The position numbers and the translations under genes are program-made. From assembly GCA_963761175.1 (NCBI GenBank), contig CAVXFZ010000021.1:198622-262621 (forward strand): a DNA stretch of 64,000 bases. Reading direction: 5' to 3'. The stretch is from an uncultured Actinomycetes bacterium (GTDB taxonomy: Bacteria; Actinomycetota; Acidimicrobiia; IMCC26256; PALSA-610). The notes under the pieces are model-generated. The model did not search any database and had not been told where the DNA came from. It worked only from the letters and a program-made list of their open reading frames with translations. Shown piece by piece: positions 51,147 to 59,536 of the stretch; position 1 is the first letter of the stretch, and every line of letters begins with the position of its first letter.

Positions 51147-51451
51147 GTGGCATACGTCTACTTCGCCTTCATCATCGTCGCCTGCGCGATGGTGTTCATC
51201 GTGCTGCCGCGTCGGCGACTGCGCGCGATCGAGGCGTTGCAGTCACAACTGCAGGAAGGCGACGAGATCATGACGAGCGGCGGGCTGTACGGCCGGATCA
51301 CGCGGCTCGGAAGCGACGATCTCGACCTCGAGATCGCGCCAGGCACCGTGGTGCGGTTCGCGCGTGTGGCGCGGTCGGCCGGCGGCTCGGCGCCTCATCC
51401 GACGGGCCGCGGCACTCCGATCCTTCACCGGCCGACGAGAAGACCGACTGA
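51147..51451 (+). pseudogene. yajC: Preprotein translocase subunit YajC, frame broken near 51360-51376
   Basis: TM helix YVYFAFIIVACAMVFIVLPRRR, then GDEIMTSGGLYGRITRLGSDDLDLEIAPGTVVRFAR. A plausible tail ...GRRLGASSDGPRHSDPSPADEKTD* ending 7 nt before secD is in another frame. Length 305 nt (3n+2). GTG 51138 is an alternative start. Confidence 0.7.
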
Positions 51452-51457
51452 ACCACC

Positions 51458-53176
51458 GTGCGTCGTCAGCTCTGGCTCCTCATCGTCACGGTTGTGCTGG
51501 TCGTCGCCGCGTTCGCGGCGACGTTGCTCGGCAGCAGCCGCCCGCAGCTCGGTCTCGACCTCCAGGGCGGGATCTCGGTCGTGCTCTTCCCGGTGAAGGG
51601 CTCCGACCTCTCGACCCTCGACACCGCGCGGCAGATCATCTCCAACCGCGTCGACGCGATCGGGGTCGCGGAGCCGGAGGTGAACGTGCAGGGCAGCACG
51701 ATCGTCATCAACCTCCCCGGCGCGAAGAACCGCTCGCAGGCCCTCGCGCTCGTCGGCCGCACCGCCGAGCTCCAGTTCCGCGAGGTGCAGCAGTTCGTGC
51801 CGTACAGCGCGGTCGTCGGCGCGACCACCACCACAGCCAAGGGCGCGACGACGACCGCGAGTGGCGCGACCACGACGGCCGCGAGTGGCGCGACCACGAC
51901 GACCGCGACCGCGACGACCACGACGGCCAAGGGCGCGACGACCACGAAGAAGGGCGCGCTCGGTTTGCGCCTGAACCTGCAACCGATCTCCGCGACTCGC
52001 CCGCTCGCCGCCAGCGCGACCACCACGACCCCACCGCTCACTGCCGCGCCGGTGGTGGGCGCAACGACCACCACGGTCGCCGGCGCGACGACCACGACCG
52101 CCAAGGGCGCGACCACGACGGCGGCGCCCGCCACCACGACCACGACGCTCAAGCCGGGGTCGACGTGCAAGTCGCTGCTGACGCCGTCGGCGCAGATCAA
52201 GACGAACGAATCCGTGGTGCTGCCGTACAAGGCGTCGAAGGCGAGCGATCCGCAGGCGGGCTGCTACTTCCTCGGGCCGACGCTGCTCACCGGCCGGGAG
52301 ATCGGTAGCGCGGACGCGCGCTACGACCTCAGCCAGGGCGGTTGGTACGTGACCGTGCACTTCAAGAACAACGACTTCGCCGACAAGATCGGCGGCCCGG
52401 AAGTCGGCAAGCAGGTCGCGATCGTGCTCGACGGCGTCGTGCAGTCGGCGCCGCAGATCAACGCGGGCATCACCGGGAAAGACGTCCAGATCACCGGGTC
52501 CTTCTCGTCGAAGGAGGCCCACGATCTCGCGTTGGTGCTCCGCTACGGCGCCCTGCCGATCCAGTTCGACCAGAAGCAGCAGACCGTCGAGAACGTCTCG
52601 CCCGAGCTCGGCAAGGACCAACTCCGCGCGGGTCTCGCCGCCGGTCTCATCGGAATCGGGCTCGTCGCCCTCTACATGATCCTCTTCTACCGGTTGCTCG
52701 GCCTCGTCGTCTGGGTCGGCCTCATCCTCACCGCCATGATCTTCTTCAGCCTCGTCACCTATCTCGGCCACGCGCAGAACCTGACGCTGACCCTCGCGGG
52801 GGTGACGGGGATCATCGTCTCCGTCGGTGTCACCGTCGACAGCTATGTGGTCTATTTCGAACGGCTCAAGGACGAGGTGCGGATGGGGAAGACCATCCGC
52901 TCGTCGCTCGACTCCGGCTTCCGCCGCGCGTTCCGCACGATCGTCGCCGCCGACCTCGTCTCGCTGATCGGCGCGATCGTCCTCTACCTGCTCGCGGTCG
53001 GTTCGGTACGCGGCTTCGCGTACTTCCTCGGGATCTCGACGGCGCTCGACCTCGTACTCGCGTACTGCTTCATGCACCCGATGGTGTGGCTGCTCTCACG
53101 GCGCCCGACCCTGGTGCGGATGAAGGGCATCGGGATCGCCAGTGGTCTCGACGTGGTGCGGGAGATGTCGCGATGA
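51458..53176 (+). CDS. secD: Protein translocase subunit SecD (with Thr/Ala-rich insertion)
   Basis: 572 aa, LGLDLQGGISVVL, ...NRVDAIGVAEPEV..., C-terminal six-TM RND-like domain. Confidence 0.93.
   Translation: MRRQLWLLIVTVVLVVAAFAATLLGSSRPQLGLDLQGGISVVLFPVKGSDLSTLDTARQIISNRVDAIGVAEPEVNVQGSTIVINLPGAKNRSQALALVGRTAELQFREVQQFVPYSAVVGATTTTAKGATTTASGATTTAASGATTTTATATTTTAKGATTTKKGALGLRLNLQPISATRPLAASATTTTPPLTAAPVVGATTTTVAGATTTTAKGATTTAAPATTTTTLKPGSTCKSLLTPSAQIKTNESVVLPYKASKASDPQAGCYFLGPTLLTGREIGSADARYDLSQGGWYVTVHFKNNDFADKIGGPEVGKQVAIVLDGVVQSAPQINAGITGKDVQITGSFSSKEAHDLALVLRYGALPIQFDQKQQTVENVSPELGKDQLRAGLAAGLIGIGLVALYMILFYRLLGLVVWVGLILTAMIFFSLVTYLGHAQNLTLTLAGVTGIIVSVGVTVDSYVVYFERLKDEVRMGKTIRSSLDSGFRRAFRTIVAADLVSLIGAIVLYLLAVGSVRGFAYFLGISTALDLVLAYCFMHPMVWLLSRRPTLVRMKGIGIASGLDVVREMSR
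51818..52156 (+). repeat. Low-complexity coding repeat GATTT(T)A(K/S) inside secD
   Basis: GATTTTAK GATTTAS GATTTAAS GATTTTATATTTTAK GATTTKK ... GATTTTVA GATTTTAK GATTTAAPATTTTT, read from the ORF translation (aa 121-233). Confidence 0.7.
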
Positions 53177-54609
53177 CCTCGACGTCTGCTCCGCCCAGCG
53201 GCGACAGTGCGCTGCACGCCGACGGCATCCCCGGTGTCGACCGCCGGCACCACTTCTCCGACTTCTACCACGAGCACACGAACTTCCAGTTCGTGAAGCA
53301 CTCGCGGCGCTACCTGATCATGGGCGTCGCGGTCGTGGTGCTGAGCATCGGCGGGATGATCTTCCGCGGCCTGAACCTCGGGATCGACTTCAAGGGCGGA
53401 ATCTCGTGGGAGGTGAAGGCGGTCAACAAGACGCCGACGGTCGGCGGTGTCCGCGACGCGCTGCGCCCGATCGGCCAGTCGGGAGCGAAAGTCACGATCC
53501 TGAGCGCGGCGTCGGGGAGCAAGAGCATCCGCGTGCAGGCGAAGCTGCTCCACGACCCGCTCACGGACGCGCAGGACGCGTTCGCCACCGCGGTGAAGAA
53601 GGAACCGGCGAACGTGACCGTCACGGTCAGCGGGAGCAAGGCCACCTTCTCCACGACGGGCGTGACGAAGCCTGATGCGGCGAAGATCGAGGCCGCGGTG
53701 CGCGCGGCCGGGGTCACCGGTACCGCGAAGATCTCGGGTTCCTCGGTCACGTTCAACATTGCGAAGCTGCCGCCCAGCCCGCAGGACGAGGTCACGAACG
53801 CGCTCGCGAAATACGCGAACGCGAAGACCACCGAGGTGTCGATCAACACCGTCGGGCCGACGTGGGGCTCCGAGGTGAGCCGAAAGGCGCTCGAGGCGCT
53901 GATTGTCTTCTTCATCGTTCTCGCGATCTACCTCGCCATCCGCTTCGAGTTCAAGATGTCGGTCGCCGCGATCGTCTGCGTGCTGCACGACATCGCGTTC
54001 ACCGTCGGCGTATACGCGCTCGTGGGCTTCGCGGTCACTCCTGCCACCGTCACCGCGTTCCTCACCATCCTCGGTTTCTCGCTCTACGACACCGTCGTCG
54101 TGTTCGACAAGATCCGCGAGAACACGAGCTCGGTCGGCGCGATGGGTCGCGCCACCTACGGAGAGATGGCGAACCGTTCGCTGAACCAGGTGCTGATGCG
54201 GTCGCTCTCCACGTCGTTCGTCGCGCTGATGCCGGTGATCTCGCTCCTGGTCGTCGGCTCGTTCATCCTCGGCGCGACGACGCTCGAGGATTTCGCGCTC
54301 GCGCTGCTCGCCGGCCTCTTCGTCGGCACCTATTCGTCCGTGTTCGTCGCGACCCCGATCCTCGTGTGGTGGAAGGAACGGGAGCCGCAGTACCGCGCGT
54401 TGAAGGTGCGTCGGGCCACGCGGTCGGCCGCGGAAGCTCCGACCCGCGCCCCCCTCGCCCGCGTCGGTGCGGTCGCACCGGTGGGCACCGGTGCGGACAA
54501 CGACGGAGACGACGAGCCGCCGCCGCGGCGTGAGCTGGGCGTTCCCGGGCCGCCCGCAGTGCCGCGCCAGCCGCGACCCCGCCAGCAGCGGGGCCGCAAG
54601 CGGAAGTAG
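53173..54609 (+). CDS. secF: Protein translocase subunit SecF (with long basic/Pro-rich C-terminal tail)
   Basis: ATG 53173 (ATGA overlap with secD). LNLGIDFKGGISWEV, six TM segments, ...TYSSVFVATPILVWW. Confidence 0.92.
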   Translation: MTSTSAPPSGDSALHADGIPGVDRRHHFSDFYHEHTNFQFVKHSRRYLIMGVAVVVLSIGGMIFRGLNLGIDFKGGISWEVKAVNKTPTVGGVRDALRPIGQSGAKVTILSAASGSKSIRVQAKLLHDPLTDAQDAFATAVKKEPANVTVTVSGSKATFSTTGVTKPDAAKIEAAVRAAGVTGTAKISGSSVTFNIAKLPPSPQDEVTNALAKYANAKTTEVSINTVGPTWGSEVSRKALEALIVFFIVLAIYLAIRFEFKMSVAAIVCVLHDIAFTVGVYALVGFAVTPATVTAFLTILGFSLYDTVVVFDKIRENTSSVGAMGRATYGEMANRSLNQVLMRSLSTSFVALMPVISLLVVGSFILGATTLEDFALALLAGLFVGTYSSVFVATPILVWWKEREPQYRALKVRRATRSAAEAPTRAPLARVGAVAPVGTGADNDGDDEPPPRRELGVPGPPAVPRQPRPRQQRGRKRK

Positions 54610-54676
54610 GCCCGCGTCCCGCGACGTGACCGTGCGGAGCGCGAGCCAGAAGGAATAGCCGCGTTGGCTCCGCTTG

Positions 54677-54682
54677 TACCAT
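54677..54682 (+). promoter_or_regulatory. Candidate -10 (TACCAT) for a leaderless apt transcript
   Basis: TACCAT, then 6 nt (gaaggc), then ATG 54689. Same hexamer and spacing as upstream of divIVA. Confidence 0.35.
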
Positions 54683-54688
54683 GAAGGC

Positions 54689-55219
54689 ATGGACGTCGGG
54701 TGGTTGAAGGCGCACGTACGCGACATTCCCGACTATCCGCGATCGGGTGTCGTGTTCAAGGACATCACGCCGTTGCTCGCGGCGCCCGACGCGTTCGCGG
54801 CCGTCGTCGACGCCGTCGCCGCGCCGTTCGCGGGGATGCAGATCGACAAGGTCCTCGGCATCGAGGCGCGGGGGTTCGTGTTCGCGGCGCCGGTCGCCTA
54901 TCACCACGCGGCGGGCTTCGTGCCGGTACGCAAGGCCGGAAAGCTGCCTTGGAAGATCGAGCGTGAGGAGTACGAGCTCGAGTACGGCACGGATCTCCTC
55001 GAGATCCATCACGACGCGATCGTGCCGGGGGAGCGGGTGCTGATCGTCGACGACGTGCTCGCCACCGGTGGCACTGCGGCGGCGACGCTGCGGCTGGCCG
55101 AGCGTCTCGGCGGCGAGGTCGTCGGGCTCGCGTTCTTCATCGAGCTCGGATTCCTCCACGGCCGCGAGCGCCTCCCCGAAGACTCCGTTCACGCCGTCGT
55201 CACCTACGAGACGCCATGA
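54689..55219 (+). CDS. apt: Adenine phosphoribosyltransferase
   Basis: DYPRSGVVFKDITPLL, PRPP motif VLIVDDVLATGGT. The ORF opens at TTG 54674, but ATG 54689 is preferred because of the -10 geometry. Confidence 0.9.
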   Translation: MDVGWLKAHVRDIPDYPRSGVVFKDITPLLAAPDAFAAVVDAVAAPFAGMQIDKVLGIEARGFVFAAPVAYHHAAGFVPVRKAGKLPWKIEREEYELEYGTDLLEIHHDAIVPGERVLIVDDVLATGGTAAATLRLAERLGGEVVGLAFFIELGFLHGRERLPEDSVHAVVTYETP

Positions 55220-55247
55220 CGCTCCCCGCCGCCCAGCGAGTGCGACC

Positions 55248-57437
55248 ATGAAAACAGCCTTGCGCCGCCATCATCAGGAGCTCGACTCGGTGCTGCGGCC
55301 GCTCGTGGAGCGCTACCAAGCTCGGCACCCGAAGGCCGAGACGGCCCTCATCGAGCACGCCTACGAGGTCGCGCGCGACGCGCACAGCGATCAGGTGCGG
55401 CGCTCGGGCGACGCGTACATCACCCATCCCGTGGGCGTCGCCCTCGTGCTCGCCGATCTCGGCCTCGACGACGTCACCATCGCGGCGGCGCTGCTGCACG
55501 ACGCGGTGGAGGACACGCCGGTCAGCCTCGACGACCTCACGACCGAGTTCGGCCCGGATGTCGCCGGCATCGTCGACGGCGTCACGAAGTTGGAGCGCAT
55601 CCAATTCGACTCGAAGGAGGCGCAGCAGGCGGCGACGATGCGCAAGATGCTCGTCGCGATGGCGAAGGACATCCGCGTCCTCGTGATCAAGCTTGCCGAC
55701 CGCCTCCACAACATGCGCACGATCGCGTCGTTGCCGGAGGCGAAGCAGGAACGCATCGCGCAGGAGACGATCGACATCTATGCCCCGCTCGCGCACCGGC
55801 TCGGCATCGGCGACGTGAAGTGGCAGCTCGAAGACCTCGCCTTCGCGGTGCTGTACCCGAAGCGGTACGCGGAGATCGAGCAGATGGTGAGCCAGCGCGA
55901 TCCGGCGCGGGAGGAACAGCTCGACGACGTCATCGACGCCGTGCGCACGCGCCTCGCGGAGCTGCACGTCGACGCGGAGGTCAATGGCCGGCCGAAGCAT
56001 TACTGGTCGATCTACGAGAAGATGATCGTGCGGGGCAAGGAGTTCGACGAGATCCACGACCTGCTCGGCATCCGCGTGATCGTCGACTCGGTGAAGGACT
56101 GCTACGGCGCGCTCGGTTCGATCCATGCGCTCTGGCGTCCGGTGCAGGGTCGGTTCAAGGACTACATCGCGATGCCGAAGTTCAACCTCTACCAGTCGTT
56201 GCACACGACGGTGGTGGGGCCGGGCGGCAAGCCGGTCGAGTTCCAGATCCGCACGCGGGAGATGCACAGCCGGGCCGAGTACGGCGTCGCCGCGCACTGG
56301 GGCTACAAGGAGCAGCGTTCGCCGACCGAAGACCTCGCGTGGCTCCAGCGGCTCGTCGACTGGCAGCAGGAGACGAGCGACCCGGCCGAGTTCATGGCCA
56401 GCCTGAAGATCGACCTCGACCAGGACGAGGTCTACGTCTTCACACCGAAGGGCCAAGTGGTCACGCTGGCGAGCGGCGCGACGACGATCGACTTCGCGTA
56501 CGCGATCCACACCGAGATCGGCCATCGCTGCATCGGTGCGCGCGTCAACGGCCGGCTCGTCCCCCTCGACTCGACGCTGCAGTCGGGTGACTCGTGTGAG
56601 ATCTTCACGAGCAAGGTCACCGGCGCGGGCCCGAGCCGCGACTGGCTCCAGTTCGCGCAGACGCCCCGCGCCCGGGCGAAGATCCGCCAGTGGTTCTCGC
56701 GGGAGCGCCGCACCGACGCGATCGAGACCGGTCGCGACGATCTCGTGAAGGCGCTGCGCCGCGAGGGCCTGCCGGTCCAGAAGCTCCAGGGCTCGGCGAT
56801 GCTGCGCGACGTCGCCGAGAAGATGAACTACACGGACCTCGAATCGCTGCACGCCGCGATCGGGGAGAGCCACGTCTCCGCGAAGGCCGTCGCCCAGCGG
56901 GTGCAGCGCGAGCTGCGCGGCGGGGAGGAGCAGCTTCCCGTCACCGCGACTCGCCGCTCACGCACCCGGGGCCGCCGCAGCGGCGTCGGTGTGCACGTCG
57001 AGGGCCTCGACGACATCCTCGTGCGGCTCTCGCGCTGCTGCACCCCCGTTCCCGGCGACGAGATCATGGGCTTCGTCACCCGCGGCCGCGGCGTCTCCGT
57101 GCACCGCACCGACTGCGCCAACGGCGCCAGCCTCCGCACCCAGGTCGACCGGGTCATCGACGTCGAATGGGACCACGACGCCCCGAGCGCGTACGTCGTC
57201 GCGATCGACGTCGAGGCGCTCGACCGTTCCAAGCTGCTGCGCGACGTCGCCGACGTGCTCTCCGAGCACCACGTCAACATCCTCTCCTGCACCTCGCAGA
57301 CCCAGTCCGACCGCGTCGCCCGGCTGCGCTTCGAGTTCGAGCTCGCCGACCCCGGCCACCTCGACTCCCTGCTCGCGGCCGTGAAGCGGGTCGACTCGGT
57401 CTACGACGCCTCCCGCGTCCTGCCCGGCCGCAACTAG
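55248..57437 (+). CDS. rel: Bifunctional (p)ppGpp synthetase/hydrolase Rel (RelA/SpoT family)
   Basis: ATG 55248 in ORF 55068..57437. HD domain HPVGVA...LLHDAVEDT. Synthetase YQSLHTTVVGP. TGS (VYVFTPKGQVVTL) and ACT-like C-terminus. Confidence 0.95.
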   Translation: MKTALRRHHQELDSVLRPLVERYQARHPKAETALIEHAYEVARDAHSDQVRRSGDAYITHPVGVALVLADLGLDDVTIAAALLHDAVEDTPVSLDDLTTEFGPDVAGIVDGVTKLERIQFDSKEAQQAATMRKMLVAMAKDIRVLVIKLADRLHNMRTIASLPEAKQERIAQETIDIYAPLAHRLGIGDVKWQLEDLAFAVLYPKRYAEIEQMVSQRDPAREEQLDDVIDAVRTRLAELHVDAEVNGRPKHYWSIYEKMIVRGKEFDEIHDLLGIRVIVDSVKDCYGALGSIHALWRPVQGRFKDYIAMPKFNLYQSLHTTVVGPGGKPVEFQIRTREMHSRAEYGVAAHWGYKEQRSPTEDLAWLQRLVDWQQETSDPAEFMASLKIDLDQDEVYVFTPKGQVVTLASGATTIDFAYAIHTEIGHRCIGARVNGRLVPLDSTLQSGDSCEIFTSKVTGAGPSRDWLQFAQTPRARAKIRQWFSRERRTDAIETGRDDLVKALRREGLPVQKLQGSAMLRDVAEKMNYTDLESLHAAIGESHVSAKAVAQRVQRELRGGEEQLPVTATRRSRTRGRRSGVGVHVEGLDDILVRLSRCCTPVPGDEIMGFVTRGRGVSVHRTDCANGASLRTQVDRVIDVEWDHDAPSAYVVAIDVEALDRSKLLRDVADVLSEHHVNILSCTSQTQSDRVARLRFEFELADPGHLDSLLAAVKRVDSVYDASRVLPGRN

Positions 57438-57560
57438 CGCGTCCTCCGCTCCTTTCGCTCGCTCGGCGGCGAGTCTCTCGCCGGGCCCGCGGTCCAGCCT
57501 CAAGTCCCTTGTCCCCGGCGGTCGATACGGGATCGGGGGACAGAGAGGACCACGCGGCGC

Positions 57561-58886
57561 GTGCGGGATGACCGACAGATCCGAATCGGGTCCCGATCGG
57601 GAGACCGGTCGGGTTCGGTCGCGCTCGGATCCGAAGCCGGACTGACCCTGCTCGAGCTCGTGGTCGCGCTCAGCGTCTTCGTCGTGATGGTCCTCGGCGT
57701 CGCCGCCACCATCGACTCGGGCCTCAACCTCACCCGGAACAACCGGCAGCGGTCGGTCGCCGCCAACCTGGCCAGCCAGGAGATGGACACCGTCCGCCAG
57801 ACCGACTTCACCGCGCTCACCGCCCGCACCGTGACCGAGGTCGTCGACGGATCCACGTACACGATCAATCGCTCGCTCACCTGGGTGTCGAAGAGCGCGA
57901 CCAGTGGACCGTGCAACGGCGTCACGAGCGACCCGCAGATGCTGCGGGTACGCGTCACCGTCACGTGGGCGACGATGCACGGCCTCGAGCCGGTGCGTTC
58001 CGACACGCAACTCACGCCGCCCGTCGGCGCGTACAGCGCCGACTCCGGTCACATCGCGGTCACCGTGTTGGACCGCGACGGCGGGGGTGCCTTCGGGACG
58101 TCGGTGCAGATCACCGGACCCGCGACGCAGAGCCAGCCGACCAACGACGACGGCTGCGCCTTCTTCGCGTTCCTCACTCCCGGCACCTACACGGTCTCGT
58201 TGAACTCGGTCGGTTACGTCGACCGCCAGAGCACGCAGAACCCGAGCCAGACGGTCGGGGTCACCGTCGGCAACGTCAGCAGCGTTCAGTTCGACTACGA
58301 CCAGGCCGCGTCCCTCGACCTCGCGCTCACGCCCGACGCCGGCGGCGCGGTTCCGAGCGACGTGCCGATCACGCTCGGCAACACGTCGTTCCTGCCGATC
58401 GGTGTGAAGACATACGCCGGCACCGGTGCGACTCGCACGATCGGGAGCCTCTTTCCGTCGGGTGACGGGTACACCGCGTGGGCGGGCTCGTGCGCCGACG
58501 CCGACCCCGAGGGTCAGATCGTGAGCGGCGGCGGCGCGTACTGGCCCGACGCCCAGCGCGCTCCCGCGTTCGAGACGACGCCGGGCGGGGCGACGACGGG
58601 ATCGGTCGCGCTGAAGTCGGCGTCGATCTCGGTCCTCGCCGGTGGCCTGACGCCGGTCTCCGGCGCGACGGTGATCGCGACCCACGCAGCCGACCAGTCG
58701 TGCGCGGCAGGGGAGACCTACACGCTCGGGACGACCGACGCGGGTGGCCTGCTCACCGCGGCGCTGCCGTACGGGACCTGGACGATCTCGGTGCAGTCGC
58801 AGCTCGCCCTCTCGGGCACGTGGCCGAATCTCGTGCTCGACCCCAACGACACCACCACGCCCGCGCTCGAGGTCGACACCCAATGA
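57561..58886 (+). CDS. Pseudopilin-like protein: prepilin-type N-terminal signal + two carboxypeptidase-regulatory-like Ig domains
   Basis: ...GSEAG|LTLLELVVALSVFVVMVLG (Gly-1, Glu+5, hydrophobic helix) after a 27-aa leader. VTVLDRDGGGAFGTSVQITG...GCAFFAFLTPGTYTVSL and a second similar module near the C-terminus. Confidence 0.7.
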   Translation: MRDDRQIRIGSRSGDRSGSVALGSEAGLTLLELVVALSVFVVMVLGVAATIDSGLNLTRNNRQRSVAANLASQEMDTVRQTDFTALTARTVTEVVDGSTYTINRSLTWVSKSATSGPCNGVTSDPQMLRVRVTVTWATMHGLEPVRSDTQLTPPVGAYSADSGHIAVTVLDRDGGGAFGTSVQITGPATQSQPTNDDGCAFFAFLTPGTYTVSLNSVGYVDRQSTQNPSQTVGVTVGNVSSVQFDYDQAASLDLALTPDAGGAVPSDVPITLGNTSFLPIGVKTYAGTGATRTIGSLFPSGDGYTAWAGSCADADPEGQIVSGGGAYWPDAQRAPAFETTPGGATTGSVALKSASISVLAGGLTPVSGATVIATHAADQSCAAGETYTLGTTDAGGLLTAALPYGTWTISVQSQLALSGTWPNLVLDPNDTTTPALEVDTQ

Positions 58887-59536
58887 GGCAGCTGCGGCTT
58901 CTCCGGGCGCGGCGCGGCGAGCGGGGCTCGTCACTGCTCGAGCTGATGACCACGATCTTCCTGCTCACGGTCGTGATGGGCGCGGTGATGGTCGGAGTGT
59001 TCTCGGCTCAGAACGCGATCAGCGGGCAGCAGTTGCGGCTCGAGAACCTCGATCAAGCCCGCACGCTGATGTCGGCGCTCACGAAAGACGTCCGCACCGC
59101 GGTGCGGCTCACGGCGTCGTCGTCTCCCTTCACGGTCGCCGACAAGAACCACGCGGTCTTCTACGCGAACCTCGACACGACGGGCGCGCCGCGCAAAGTC
59201 GACCTCTCGATCGACGCGCAGAGCCGGCTCATCGAGTCGGTGTGGACCGCCGATGCCGGCACGACGGCACCGAACTACACGTACACCGGCGCGCCAACCG
59301 TAAGGCTCGTCGGTCGGTACGTGAACAACTCGGCCACGAACCCGCTCTTCACGTACCTCGACTCCGACGGCAACCAACTGCCGAACACACCACTGGGCTC
59401 GTCTGACCGGCTCGCCGTGAAGGCCGTAGAGATCCGACTCATCGTGAAGAAGACGACGAACGCGTACCTCAACGACACGACGCTCGTGAACCAGGTTCGC
59501 CTGCCGAACCTCGACTACAACGCGGTGGCCGGATGA
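58883..59536 (+). CDS. Pseudopilin-like protein (PilW/GspJ-like size class)
   Basis: ATGA overlap. MRQLRLLRARRGERG|SSLLELMTTIFLLTVVMGAVMVG (Gly-1, Glu+5). 217 aa. Confidence 0.7.
   Translation: MRQLRLLRARRGERGSSLLELMTTIFLLTVVMGAVMVGVFSAQNAISGQQLRLENLDQARTLMSALTKDVRTAVRLTASSSPFTVADKNHAVFYANLDTTGAPRKVDLSIDAQSRLIESVWTADAGTTAPNYTYTGAPTVRLVGRYVNNSATNPLFTYLDSDGNQLPNTPLGSSDRLAVKAVEIRLIVKKTTNAYLNDTTLVNQVRLPNLDYNAVAG

Noticed and set aside
55068-55247. Longer N-terminal extensions offered by the ORF track (rel from 55068, pdxS from 40057, yebC from 41224, murB from 3014, ftsQ from 3088, rluD from 15800)
   Set aside because: The extensions overlap the preceding conserved gene and are Arg/Ser/Pro-rich out-of-frame sequence. 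Internal starts with overlaps, an RBS or -10 elements give proteins of canonical length.
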